Source: Mobula hypostoma
Lineage: Eukaryota
Assembly: GCF_963921235.1 (NCBI RefSeq)
Contig: NC_086109.1
Span: 14,820,001 to 14,884,000, forward strand
Length of the DNA stretch: 64,000 bases
Direction of reading: 5' to 3'
Positions 51,416 to 64,000 of this stretch are shown piece by piece. Below the pieces are notes generated by a model. That model was not told the DNA's origin and ran no database searches. It saw nothing but the letters and a program-made list of their open reading frames with translations. Positions within the stretch are counted from its first letter, which is position 1, and each line of letters opens with the position of its first letter. The position numbers were made by a program, and so were the translations under genes.

Positions 51416-51552
51416 CTTTTCATACTCTTCTTCATTTGGGTTGTGTTTCTGTAACCATTCTGCCAACGGATGGTCTTTGAAAGATCCTGTCACCCCATGC
51501 TCCACCTGGATTTTCCGCAAGGTCTCTGCATGTGGAATCAACTCCACCATTC
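51416..51552 (-). CDS. PIK3C2B: PI3K-C2beta exon ([27 protein letters not shown]...EEEYEK)
   Basis: 137 nt, cag/gtgaag, phase 1->0. Confidence 0.96.
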
Positions 51553-52099
51553 CTGAAAAACATGAAAAACAGTGACTGAACAATGTACACAGCAGGTATG
51601 GGCTGTTACCTTGCTAAATCCAGAAGTGGTCATTGAATCAGGATATTGCATCATTTCCATGGACTGTTCAACTGCTAAACCTTGATTTCATTTTTCTCCT
51701 TCATGGTCTCCTTGATGCTGAACTTCGATCCATTGAAACACATTGGAAGTTACCAGTTTTAATTCCTACACTGCACAAAGCAGGAAACTGAATGGGAAAG
51801 AACTCCCCAGCAACCAAGACATCTTCAAGGAGTGATGCATCAAAAAGATGGCATCTATCATTGAGGATCTCCATCTCCCAGGACATGCCCTCTTTTTATT
51901 GCTACCATCAAGAGGAGGTACAGGATACTGAAGGCACATACTTAATTATATAACTATAATTTAGTTTTTATTATTATATACATCTATAACTTACAGTTTT
52001 TATTACGTATTGCCATGCACTCCTGCTGCATAACAATAAATTTCACAACATATGTCAGTGATATTAAACCTGATTTTGATTCAAAAGATTAAAAACCTC

Positions 52100-52400
52100 T
52101 ATTTCTATGGCATCTTTCACAATCACAGGTCATCCAGAACACAATCGATAGGTTACTTTTGAATTGTAATCACAATTCTAATGCAAGAACTGTACCACTT
52201 TGCCTGCAAGGTCACGAGAACAGCAATGAAATAATGACTAGTTAATCGATTTTAGCTACTTTGCTTCAACATAATTATTGGCCAAGAAACTGGGCAAAAT
52301 ATCTGTCTTTCAATGTAGAGCTGCGGGAGATCTTTGACATTTACATGAAAAGCGGTGTTCTTACAACATTAAAGTGCTAAGGTTAAACTTACAACCCCCT
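52100..52400 (-). mobile_element. Deu-domain SINE remnant
   Basis: acagcaatgaaataatgac...attggccaagaaactgggc...gagatctttgacat resembles the reverse complement of the recalled Deu/SacSINE1 sequence. Confidence 0.45.
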
Positions 52401-52829
52401 GTCACAGGAGCAACAATGCTACTTAGGTGGAAGGCGGTTAACCATCACAGCTCATACAGCACATTATAATTACCCCCAATAGCACTAAACATTAAATACC
52501 CACTGACAGACAACATCCAGGCTCAGAATGGTTACCTTATTGACTTATCAGATGACATCCAACAGAGCAGCTATATCAGATATAATCTAAGCAGCCATAT
52601 CTAGTTAGATTTAGTAATTATAAATGATCTCCAGAGACAGGCCATTGGATGCACTTAATACGATGTACAACTTAAATGTCAAAAGGGATCTTGTAGGGAG
52701 TTTGTATGTTCTCCCCATGATTGTGTAGGTTTCCTCAAGGTGTTCTTGGTTTCCTTCCACAGTCCAAAGATGTACCGGTTGTTTGTTTAATTGGTCATTG
52801 TATATAATTATAATAATAATAACCACTTT

Positions 52830-53570
52830 ATTGATCCCGAGTGGGAAATTCTTTTGTTACAGTGGGAATATTTGAAAACATACTTGGCAGTGTGCAGACT
52901 TAACTAATAACGTACAAAATAATATACACAGTAACAATGTATCAATGTGCAATACTAACATATGAAATAATAAAGCAGAAACTATTGTTCTATGATGTGT
53001 GTTCTCCTGATGCACAGAGATGAACTGCTGTATATGCTTATTGCACTTGGTAGGAAAGATTTTCTGCAATGATCCTTATGACAGCGAAGTTGAATGAGTC
53101 TGTTCAAAAAGGTGCTCCACTGCTTATTCAGTAGGTCATAGAGAGGATGTGCTAGATTGTCCATAATGAATAATTGTTTTGTTCAGTGACCTCCTTTCTA
53201 CCACTAACTCAAAAGAGTCGGGATTGTAACCAAGGATGATCCAGCCTCTGATGAGTTTATTTAGTCCTTTTGCTTCACCAACACACACCGAGGGTACTCC
53301 TCCAACATAAAGCAGCAAAGACAACTGCACTTGCTACAACAGACTGGTAAAAAATCTACAACATCCTGCTGCACACATTGAAGGACCTCAGCTTCCTTAG
53401 AAAACAGAGGCTGCTCATCCCCTTCTTGTAAACAGCCATGGTGTTGTCTTTACAGTCAAGTCTGTCGTTGAGCCCAAGTATTTGTACTCCTCCACCAACG
53501 CAACCTCATCTCCCCGAATATATACAGGACTTGTCACAGATCTCTTACTCCTAAAATCAATCACCAACTC
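52830..53570 (-). mobile_element. Rex/Babar LINE 3' fragment inserted in a V-SINE
   Basis: MDNLAHPLYDLL..RLIQLRCHKDHCRKSFLPSAISIY; SINE halves at 52690-52810 and 53570-53660. Confidence 0.7.
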
Positions 53571-54846
53571 CTGTGATTAGGCTAGGAGTAAATCGGGTGA
53601 TTGCTAGGTGGTGCGGCTCGAAGGGCCTATTCCGTGCTGTATCTCAGTAAATAAATAAGTAAATAAACATAATAGGTGAAAAAAAAACACACTATCAGAT
53701 GGAATACTGGTTTTGGTGTTGTCCAAAAATTCTCTTTAACAGAGAGAAATATTAAGTAGGATACAAAACCAAATCTTTGAGGGTCATATTAGTTAAAATT
53801 ATAAAGAGCACAATGATTATGAGACAGTTTAAAGGGGGGGGGGAATCTTTTGTTCAGCAAAATGGAATTGGGCACTGCATTAGGTGTTTGGGATACTTTG
53901 TCAAGTTTTCCCATCATTCGAGACCTTTGCAGAATCTTCCTGAATGCACTATTCCTCAAACGCAGATGTCAATCATAAAATTCAACATGGGGTGGCAGTG
54001 GAAAGGAGTCTTCAAACATGAAGACCACAAAGCTTGCCCAAATTCATTGGTCTACCAGACAAAAATGATTCTTGTCTTCATATACTTATGAGGTCTGGAC
54101 TGGAAGGCCAGCATTACTTTACAAATTATCTAGTCACTCATCAGTGGATCCAACACTGACCTCATCAGTGACTTCCTCAAGACAGAGGTCTGTTTAAGGT
54201 AGGTGTTTTTTTTAACAGATTAAATTTATTTGTCACATGTACATTGAAGCATACAGTAAAATCAACGACCACCTCAGTCTGGGGTGGCATGGTAGCATAA
54301 TGGTTAGCACAAAGCTTTACAGTATCAGCAATCCAGGTTCAATTGCCACCACTGTTCTGTAAGGAGTTTGCATGTCCTCCCCATGACTCTGTGGGTTTCC
54401 TCTGGGTGCTCCAGTTTCCTCCCACAGTCATTGTAAATTGTCCCATGATTAGGCTAGGGTTAAATTGGGGGTTACTGGGCGGCACGGCTCAAAGGGCCGG
54501 AAAGGCCAACTCCATGCTGTATCTCAATAAGTAAACAAACAGACAAATGTGCTGGGGGCAAACCGCAAATGTTGCATGCTTTCAAAGCCAACATAACATG
54601 ACCACAACTTACTAACCCCAACTCAAATGTCTTTGATGAAACTGGAGCACCAGGAGGAAACCAGAATACCAAGAGGCCACACGGTCACGGGGAAAATGTA
54701 CGATGTTCTTACAGACTGCGGTGGAAATTGGACCTTGATCCTACAGCTGGCGTTGTAAAATGTTATGCTAACCCAATGCTACCGTGTGGCCCCGAAGAAG
54801 AATCATAGTAATAATTGCCCAAGCTCAAGATGGATAAGAGGTTTAC

Positions 54847-54976
54847 CTCGCTCCCATCCTGTCGAGGTGCACTTGAAGAAGATCATACGCATATCCAGGC
54901 CCTCCTGAATCCAGATCTTGTTCATGATGTGAATCATTTGAAGTGTCAACATGTCCTGTCGCAAGTCATCCCCAGT
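54847..54976 (-). CDS. PIK3C2B: PI3K-C2beta exon ([15 protein letters not shown]...CTSTGWER)
   Basis: 130 nt, cag/gtaaac; K-x-GDDLRQD kinase motif. Confidence 0.96.
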
Positions 54977-57529
54977 CTGGACAATAATCATACATGACAA
55001 GGGTTAAGCACGTTCCGTTATCCCATTGTCTCTCCTCCATTCCTGAACAGAATGATTCCTGATGATATTTACATCCATACAGGGTAGCAGGTCTATGTTA
55101 TTGAACCAATGCAACATTTATTGTGCTCATGTCTGGATAGCAAGTCCAGGTCGCCTAACATCCTTCAATTTCCCCACTCTCCATGAAGGGAGCTTTATTG
55201 GGGTAGTGTTTCTACAAGAACAGAGCTTTATCATCTTACGTCTCTGCATCTAGACTGGAAGGTTTGGTAGACTATTCAAATAAGGAGTCATGTCAATGAC
55301 TCCCACTGCTAATCTTACTAAGATCTGCACATGGGCCTCTTTCTGTAACCTCACTGTAGAGTTCATTGGAGAATGATAATTTAAATTTTTTTATAGGCAG
55401 TTAACTTTAACTAAACACTTCATACTATTCTAAAAAAAAAAGATAATTGCAAGTAGAAATAGAAATTAAAATGGATTGCATGGGTATTAATACTTTAAAA
55501 CAATGATGAATTTCAAAGTCATGAGTTGCAGTAGTTAATTAGATCAGTGGCAGAGATGTCATACAATATGCAACCATTCTGCCTTTATGTGTAGGGCTGA
55601 GCCACGAGTAAGATTACAAAGTACAAAGAGATTTTTTTATTATCAAAGTAAATATATGTCACCATATACAACCCTGAGATTCATTTTCTTGTGGGCATAT
55701 TTAGCAAATCTATAGAATGTAACAAAATCAATGAATGACTGCCGAACTACAGCTTTCAACCAGAGTGCAGAAGACAACAAACTGTGCAAATGCAAGAAAG
55801 AAAGTAGTAGTAGTAATAATAATAATAATAATAAAATAATAATAATAAAGCAATAAATATCAAGAACATGGGATGAAGAGTCCTTGAAAAGTGAGTTGAC
55901 AGGTTCTGGGAGCATTTCAATGATAAGGCAAGTGAAGTTGAGTGAAGTTATCCTGTTTGTTCAAGAGCTTATCGGCTGAGGGGAAGTAACTGTTCCTGAA
56001 CTTGGTGGTGCGAGTCCTAAGGCTCTTGTACCTTTGTCCTGATGGCAACAGTGAGAAGAAAGCAAAACCTGGGTGTTGGGGATCCCTGATGATGGATACT
56101 GCTTTCCTGCCGCAGCGTTTCATGTGGATGTGCTCAACGGTGGGATGGGCTTTACCCGTGATGGATGAAACAAATCCACATACTTTTTTTAAACGTCCTG
56201 AAATCCTCCTGGGAGTCATGACCCCCACTTTGAAAAATGACAATCTGGTGGCTTGTATTTAAACCCCATCTCAGCAACTGGGAATTTAAATCCAGTTAAT
56301 CTCGATTATTAATTATTACACTGTGCTGTACTGTTCTATATTATATGGCAAAAAATGGAATGAAAATGCACCAGCTCATGATGACAGCAGATCTACCAGA
56401 AAACTAAAAAGAAAAATCATCAAATCCTTAATATTCTAATGGAAGGTAACCTTTCACCTTCCCCAGTATTTAAAGTCAGCAACATGGTTGACTCTTCCTC
56501 TGAAAAGCAGAAGCAAGTACTTAGCTCAGCAGCAGTTAAGCACAAGCAATAAATGTGAGCAAATGAATGAATTTTTTAAAATTATGACATACTATCTTAG
56601 ATGAAGAAGGGTCTTGGTGCGAAATGTCAACAGTTTACTCTTTTCCACAGATGCTGCCTGACCTGCTGAGTTCCTCCAGCGTTTTTTGTGTGCTGCTTTA
56701 GATGAGTTTTTTTTTGGCTTCTTTACCCAAAGGATGTCTGGGCAAAGTACATCCTTTCAAATCAGATGAACAATTCGCATTGGTAGAAATAATTTAAATT
56801 CCATGATATACACAGAATGACCTGTTTTGCCGACACTAGCAAAAGGTATACATTTATTCTCATTAGCCAGACAAGGTCAGAGCTGTTTGTGTTTCTGGGG
56901 ATCTAACCAACAAGGACGATTGTTATTATTATAATACAGAATACAAGAACTGATTCCTAATCGAAGGGATTTTAAGTATTTAATTCACAAATATAATTAC
57001 TGGCTCCTGTCACCTCATCACATTCTTAGCCATTGGACTGATTAAAAATGCAATCCTGACTTGTCACTACACATTCTGAGAAATCCATTTATGACTGACT
57101 GGGGGTACGAGCCAAGCACACATAAGAACAAATCAATCCATTCTGTTTACTGTTCCTTCTCCAAGTAGTAAAGCATTTGATTTTTTCTCTTTCCACACAC
57201 TATGCTCATTGACACACACAGTGAGAGGAGCTGCTTTTAGATCTGACAGTGTCTTTCTTTAGCTGTCAGTGTAATCTGAGATGACTGGCTTTACAATCAT
57301 CCTTTCTCTTTCCTCCACTCTTGCCAAGCCTGGCAAACCTCCATGTGAGAAGTTGAGAATACCAACTGAGTACATCGTACCATTCTGTGCCAAGTAAATT
57401 ATTCAAAGTCAATCAGTAGCCATGAAATCATCATCTTTAGATGAATTGCACTCTTTGGCCATGTCCCAAGTAACTGGCACAGATTCACTCATAATGTTTC
57501 AAAATGTGTCCCAAATTTGATAAACTTAC

Positions 57530-57622
57530 CTTAACGATGATGTCAATGTTATCCCCCAAAGGGTCTGCATTGATGAAGGAAATCTTCAGAGGCACAGCAT
57601 TAGAATTGAAGAAAGAGCAAGC
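57530..57622 (-). CDS. PIK3C2B: PI3K-C2beta exon (ACSFFNSNAVPLKISFINADPLGDNIDIIVK)
   Basis: 93 nt, cag/gtaagt. Confidence 0.96.
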
Positions 57623-58199
57623 CTGCAGATGCAAAAATAATAACCACTTGTCACGCGGTAGTATCCAGATTTCCTTCAATCGGTGGGGGCTGGGGTTGGC
57701 ACCATAGCGTAGTGGTTAGCACAAAGCTTTGCAGCACAAGTGACTGGGTACAATTCTTGCTGCTGATGCAAGGAGTTTGACCATTCTCTCCATGACTGTG
57801 GGTTTCCTCCGAGTGCTCCAATTTCCTCCCGTAGTTCAAAGACATATCGGTTTATAGGTAAATTAGTCATTATCATGTGATTAGGCTCAGTTTAAATCAT
57901 GGGATTGTTGGGCATCGAGGTTCAAAGGGCCAGAAGGGCCTATTCCACACTGTATCTTAATAAAGAAATAAATTTTTGCAATCTAAATCAGTACAATGCT
58001 TTTTAATTGGTACGATGGATGATCAAAGGCAGGATGATAACTACAGACATGGTGAATCAAGTCTCATAGGCAGCCCTTTCAACGATAAAGGCAGAACAAT
58101 GAGGGTGCCTTTCTCAGAGGGGTGGACAGCCACCCTTCACCTAACAAACAAATCAAGGGTTGTACGCAATGATTCAAAGTTGATTAGAAGGGGACACTA

Positions 58200-58920
58200 G
58201 CAGGGATGATGGCAGGAATGATTGGAGTTTCTGGGGGCGATTTAAAAGGCACAGGATAGCTATATCCCAAAGATGAACAAGGAATCTAAACTGAGAATGA
58301 CAAGGAAGTCAAAGACAGCATAAAAGCAAAAAAGGAGGACATATAATATGACAAAAATAATTGGGAAGCTAGAGGATTGGGAAGCTTTTAAAAACTAACA
58401 TAAGGCAACTAAATAAGCCATAAAGAGATAAAAGATGAAATATGAAGGTAAGTAAGCCAATAATAACAAAGAGGATACCAATAGTTTTTTTAAAATTTCA
58501 GATATACAGTATAAAGAGTAAAAGAGAGGTGAAAATGGATATTAGACCGATTGAAAATGACACTGTTAAGGTAGTAATGGGGAACAAAGAAATGACAGAC
58601 AAACTTAAGTATTTTGCAACAATCTTCACTGTGGATAACACTACCAGTGTGGCAGAAATTCATGTGTTGGGGGGCAGTAAGGAGCAAGTGCTCGGCAAGC
58701 TGAAAGGTCTGAAGGTAAATAAGTAACCTGGACCAGATGGACTGCACCTCAGGGTTCAGAGACAGTTGAAGAGACTGTGGAATCATTAGTAATGATCTTT
58801 CAAGAATCACTTGATTCTGGAATAGTATCAAAGGCCTGGAAAATTGCAAATATCATTCCACTGTTTTAAGGGCGGGAGACAATTATAGGTCAGTAGTTGG
58901 GAAGACGTTGCGAGTCATTA
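58200..58920 (+). mobile_element. Degenerate CR1 ORF2 fragment
   Basis: VLGKLKGLKVNK*PGPDGLH remnant. Confidence 0.7.
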
Positions 58921-59245
58921 TTAACACATTACAAACCATTGTACATGCAAACCCCAATGACCTATTCCTGGATCGTTTTATTCGGGCATAACAAACCAGT
59001 CCTTGATGCAGAATTGTTGCACGTGTGGCTCTGGCCTGGAACTGATGAGAAAATAATGTTTAGATGTATTTCCAAACGGGATCGGGAAAAAGTGGGAGAG
59101 CCAGGCATGATGGGTCAGACCATGTGGGTGGTGCAATTCCAAATGACTGAAAAAAAATCCTTGGAAGTTTAGTAAACAGTTTTAAGAGAAGCAGAAATGA
59201 GTGAGAAGGGAATGATCATACTGACTTTTGCAGAAAATTACATAC

Positions 59246-59353
59246 CTTTGGATTTACCCCTTTGGCTAAAAGACTGGGGTTTAAAGGCAAACGACAATGA
59301 TTCTGAAAGCTGAAGAACTGTTGCACTACCTCCATGTTTTCACGCAGAACAGT
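59246..59353 (-). CDS. PIK3C2B: PI3K-C2beta exon (TVLRENMEVVQQFFSFQNHCRLPLNPSLLAKGVNPK)
   Basis: 108 nt, cag/gtatgt; CRLPLxP motif. Confidence 0.93.
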
Positions 59354-59476
59354 CTGCAGCAGAGGCAAAAAAATTTAATGAATTTCATTCGGAATTTCTG
59401 TTATGTTAAACTTCAGGCAGTATACAATACTTTACACCAGTTACAATACAGAACAGTCTTAATCCCCAAGCATATA

Positions 59477-59700
59477 CAGTCGTCCCTCGGTATCCGCAGG
59501 GGATTGGTTCCAGGACCCCCCGCGGATACCAAAATCTGCAGATGCTCAGGTCCCTTATATAAAATGGCGTAGTATTTGCATATAACTTACGCACATCCTC
59601 CCATATACATTAAATCATCTCTAGATTACTTATAATACCTAATACAATGTAAATGCTATGTAAATAGTTGTTATACTGTATTGTTTAGGGAATAATGACA
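59477..59700 (+). mobile_element. MER2-like Tigger-family non-autonomous transposon, left 224 bp
   Basis: TA followed by cagtcgtccctcggtatccg...gggaataatgaca; matches the mammalian MER2 consensus as recalled; truncated on the right. Confidence 0.8.
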
Positions 59701-59729
59701 TTTCCTTCTTACTGTCCTTACGGCCCACC

Positions 59730-60115
59730 GTGACTTGATAGAGGTGTACAAGATGATGAGGCATAGATTGAGTGGTTAGCCAGAAATAGTTCTCCCAAGG
59801 ACGGAAATGGCTATACAGGGGGGCATAATTTTAAGGCAACTGGAGGAAAGTATAATGGGGGATGTCAGAGGAAAGATTTTGTTTTTTTTTTAAATTATAC
59901 ACAGAGTGGTAGGTGCATGGAACACCCTGCCAGGGGTGGTGGAAGAGGCAGATACATTAGGGACATTTAAAAAGCCATTAGATAGGCACATAAATGATAG
60001 AAAAATGGAGGGCTACGTAGAAGGGAAGAGTTAGATTAATCTAGAATTAGACAAGGTTAAAAGGTTGAGACAACATTGTGGGCTGAATGGCCTGAACTGT
60101 TGTTGTGTTCCATGT
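59730..60115 (+). mobile_element. CR1 3' fragment
   Basis: gggggcataattttaagg...cagagtggtaggtgcatggaacaccctgcc. Confidence 0.7.
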
Positions 60116-60525
60116 AAACACACTGCCCTTTGCTTGGACTGTGTCAATGCTGTCTTCCAGAAGAGGGAGATCAACCAGCAAGACCAGAAAGGTAGATAGA
60201 GCAAGAAGGGTCAAGCCCAGCTTTTTCAGGAAATCCTAATGCATTTCAGAGGGCTACGACACTTGTCTCTTCTTTTCTATCAAAGTTTAGTACAAATCAG
60301 AAAAGCAATGGAACTTGGAGATTTAGCTCAAACTTTTTAATATTTAAGTCAATGACATTTTAAAGAGAAAAGAGGTAGCATTCTGACCAGGGGAAATTCA
60401 ACTGAGAATGGTATCGAACAAACTAGTATGTGGCTCTACAAGCCTTTGGTGTAATTGTGCTCTGTAACCATCCTATACAAGCAGGACAAAAAGGTCAATA
60501 TTAGATCGTCCCTGCATGTACTGAC

Positions 60526-60706
60526 CTGGCGAGCTGACAGAGTGGTGTCTCTGACCTTCTGTGCTATCTTGGCCAGAATCTGGACGAGTTTGGTCTGCTT
60601 ATCAAACTCTTCCCTCATGCCCTTCCCCACACAGCACAGCAAAGCTCCAAGAAGATGCTGGTATCGAGCATTGAAATGGGAATCATTTAATGCATTCTTC
60701 AGTAAC
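60526..60706 (-). CDS. PIK3C2B: PI3K-C2beta exon ([34 protein letters not shown]...SARQ); upstream exons are not seen in the window
   Basis: 181 nt, cag/gtcagt, phase 2->0; helical-domain sequence. Confidence 0.95.
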
Positions 60707-60991
60707 CTGGAAATAAATATTTTTTTAAAATCAAGCACAAATAACATTACAAAAAAAAAGAGTAAAATTAAACTGAGAAGTCACTTGATAGCCAGAATAA
60801 AATTTTCACGTATTTGGTTCCATATCCTACATATCAGTTGGTATTCTGTCAATTGCGGTCCATTGTATGGTATTTCAACATTGAATATATGATTACAATT
60901 ATATACAATTTAAGATAAGGAGACTACAATCTGATTACCAACTGTATACAAGAGCAGAATGAGGGGACAACAGGCATATGATGGTTACTGA

Positions 60992-61580
60992 TAAGACCAT
61001 AAGACGTAGGAGTAGGCATTCAGTTCATTGAGTCTGCTCTACCATTCCATCACGGCTGATTTATTAACCCACTCAACCCCCATTCTCCTGCCATCTCCAT
61101 GCAATCTTTGTGCCCTTAAAAATCAAGAAACTATCTACCTCTCCTTCATGTACACTCAAAGACTTGACCTCCATGACATCTGTGGCAATGAATTCCACAG
61201 ACAGACAAACATTTAGCGAAAGAAATTCCTCCTCATCTTTATTCTAAAGGGAAGTCCCTGTATTCTGGGCTGTACCACCTGGTCCTAGACTCCCCCACTG
61301 CAGGAAACCTCCTCTCCACATCCACTCTAGGCCAATAAGTTTCAATGAGATCTTCCTCACTCCTCCAAACTCCAGCGAATACAGGCCCAGAGCCATCAAA
61401 TGTTCCTTATCCATTAGTCCAGGAATGAAAGGGACATCTCCAATGTCAGCATATCCCTTCTTAGATAAGAGGGTCAAAAGAGCCACAATATTCCAAGTGT
61501 GGTCTGACCAATGCCTTATAAGGCATTACATTCTTTATTTAGTCCTCTTGAAATGAATGCTAACATATGCCTTATTCCTT
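60992..61580 (-). mobile_element. CR1 3' fragment
   Basis: ataagaccataagac tail; tgtggcaatgaattccacag. Confidence 0.7.
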
Positions 61581-64000
61581 CTACCAAATTGATTACCATA
61601 CATTTCTCTACAGATGGATAGAAGAAACTTTTAGCAACTGGAGCCTCCAATCAGGAAGTAACCAATGTAAGCTGCATGATACATTGAAGGAAAAGCTAAG
61701 CAGAAATGAGGAAGAAAGGAATGGAACGAAATACCAGCTGCATTTGTTGAAGAAACATGTTTGAAAGCTAATGTAGATTATCACAGCTGCTTGAAGCCAA
61801 TGAGCCACATTGCCACTCCCAAGTTGAAAATATGGAATAATGTACAATTTATTCCTGGTTGTCAGAAGCTCCTGATTAAGGACATTTATTACTGTCAAGA
61901 TAACAATTACAGTACTTTCTTCTTAACCTGTACAAATCCCACACCCTGCAACTAAACTTACATCTACTAAGGAGGAATGCCAGAATTACAAGGTCAAATT
62001 TGAATTTTTGTATTCCCACAAAACCTTTCCAACCACCACCTAACATGGATGAATACCCTGCCAGTCACGGACTCCTTCTTACTGTACTTGTTCTGGTTTC
62101 AACATCCACAAATTCTGATTTAAGCCAATCAACCAAGAAATTTAGCAACACACACAAAATGCTGTGTGGCCTGCTGAGTTCCTCCAGCATTTTGTATGTA
62201 TTACTTTGATTTCCAGCATCTGCAGATTTTCTCATTTAAGAAATCCAGTCTCAGTTGCTTACTCTAAGTGTGCACACACAGCAGTTGTGAAGTCAAAGGA
62301 GGTGAATTTTTGAAAGTGGAATTCAATGTGTCACTGACACCATATTGCACATTTACAATTATCATCAGTGTTTTAACTTCTATACCTGGGACATTATCAT
62401 CGTCCATCCAAGTTCAGAATGGGGTGCGAAATTTTGATATCACTGTGTTAGACAACATATTTACACACTTTCACAGTTTAGAGCTCCATCAAGTTTTGTT
62501 CTATCAGTGCAAACGCCGTGTTGCCTGAGGTTAGTACATAATCACCTACTGAACAGTAGTCAGTAAAAGATTATTACACAGGCGTGTTACTGTGGGGCTT
62601 AGCTGCTGCCGACAATCAGCATCTTTTGGGTGTTAATTCTTCAGAATACTTTGCACTCACTGCTAAAGTGACTTTGTTTATTATACGAGTGTGGTGTGAC
62701 CGGAGACAATCAGGGGAAAGGTGCCAATGTCTGCCACTGCATTTAATATATCAGCTCTAAGAGCTGGATTCTTAGTCATGTTTCTGATAACTAAAGCTAG
62801 CTTTTGTAGGAAGGAGACTGAAACAGGACATTGAGGATTATATTAATGCTGCTTCCTGCTCTTATACAGAACTTAAGGTCTCATCATCTCTGATGCCAAT
62901 TTCTTCTGGTTTATCATTCCCTTCCCTTCTCAAAAGCCCTATCTCAATTTTGGCAAGTGACTCATATTCATTATAAATTCACAGCCAACCTGACTACACT
63001 TCCTCTCACACCTCGTTACATTCTTCTGGTTCCAACAATTCTGTCACATCTGTTCTAACAATGCCACCTTCCATACCAGTTTTCCTTTCCCCACCATGAG
63101 ACTTGGTACCTCTCCTAACTGTATTCGCCCCATTTCCTGTACATCTGTTCCCACAGCTTTTCCTCTTATCCAGAATAAGAGTTACATTCCCTGTGCCTTC
63201 CTCTGCCATCCAACCACCTTGTCCATCTTTCCCATTCATATTCTGAAAGGACCATGCCCTCAAAGTACAAAGTAAATTTATTGCCAAAGTACATATATGT
63301 CACCATATACAATCCTGAGATTCCTGATTCCTTTCTTCTGGGTAATTACAGTAAATACAAGAAATATAATAGAATCAATAAAGGACTCTAACCAACAGGA
63401 TGGGTAAACAACCAATGAGCAAGAGGGAAAAAAAACTGCAAGGAGAAAAAGAAAAAAAGAAAAAAATAATGATAATAAAATAAATAAACATTGAGAACAC
63501 GAGATGAAGAGTCCTTATAAGTGAGTCCAGTTCATGAATTGGACGAGTGAAGTTACCCCCTCCAGTTCAAGAGCCTGATGGCTGAGAGGTAGTAATTGTT
63601 TTTCAACCTGCCAGTGTGGGTCCTGAAGCTCCTGTACCTTCCTCCTGATGGCAGCAGCGAGAAGAAAGCATAGCCAGGATGGTGGGGTGGGGGGGCGGCA
63701 GGGGCGGGGGTCCTTAATGATGGACGCTGCTTTTCTGCAAAAGTGCTCTATATAGATGTGATCAATGGTAAGGAGATTTTACCTGTGATGGACTGGGCCA
63801 TATCCACTACATTTTGCCCTGTATTATGCTCTGGACCAAAATTCCTTCTCTGACAATGCCTACTCTCTTTCTCTTTAGACTTCAGGAGACACCTGCCATT
63901 CCTGTCAGCCATAGACCCAAACATTCTTCCAGGTGAAGTGTAGTCTCCTCTACCTCATGGAAAACTAAATGCATATTGGCTGACTACATTGATAAACACT

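Noticed and set aside
54280..54350. tRNA-like A/B-box sequence (also ~57695-57760, ~13650-13712)
   Set aside because: These are heads of tRNA-derived SINEs that continue into the V-domain; no complete cloverleaf.
60707..64000. Search for the preceding PIK3C2B exon (ALKYE...HYFFW-like)
   Set aside because: Not found by eye; the region is intronic repeats and unique sequence, so the exon presumably lies beyond the window.

Overview
Vertebrate genomic DNA, most likely an elasmobranch (ray/skate-type repeat complement: V-SINE/HE1-like SINEs, Deu-domain SINEs, CR1, Rex/Babar, RTE, L1 and Penelope-derived repeats). Two host genes lie on the minus strand in the order known from human 1q32. The first is the 3' half of PIK3C2B: 15 coding exons at 60706->12177, covering the end of the helical domain, the kinase, PX and C2 domains, with all splice sites GT-AG and phases consistent. 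The second is exon 1 of PPP1R15B/CReP (2828->1491), with a CpG-island promoter and a uORF-containing leader. A ~21 kb PIK3C2B intron holds a full-length degenerate L1 with a 16-bp TSD, a Gmr1-like LTR retrotransposon and a Tigger-like element with a ~330-bp palindrome. The LTR element retains Gag/SCAN, a zinc knuckle and protease but only vestigial IN-RT-RH, and has a 1.36-kb internal tandem duplication and a hammerhead-ribozyme-bearing Penelope fragment in its 5' LTR. The most notable observations are a fragment almost identical to the mammalian MER2 consensus as I recall it (possible horizontal transfer), the Gag-protease-only LTR element, the intact-core minimal hammerhead, and the PPP1R15B uORF/ATF4-site architecture. 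All identifications come from reading the sequence and from recalled homologues; no searches were run, and most repeat boundaries are approximate.
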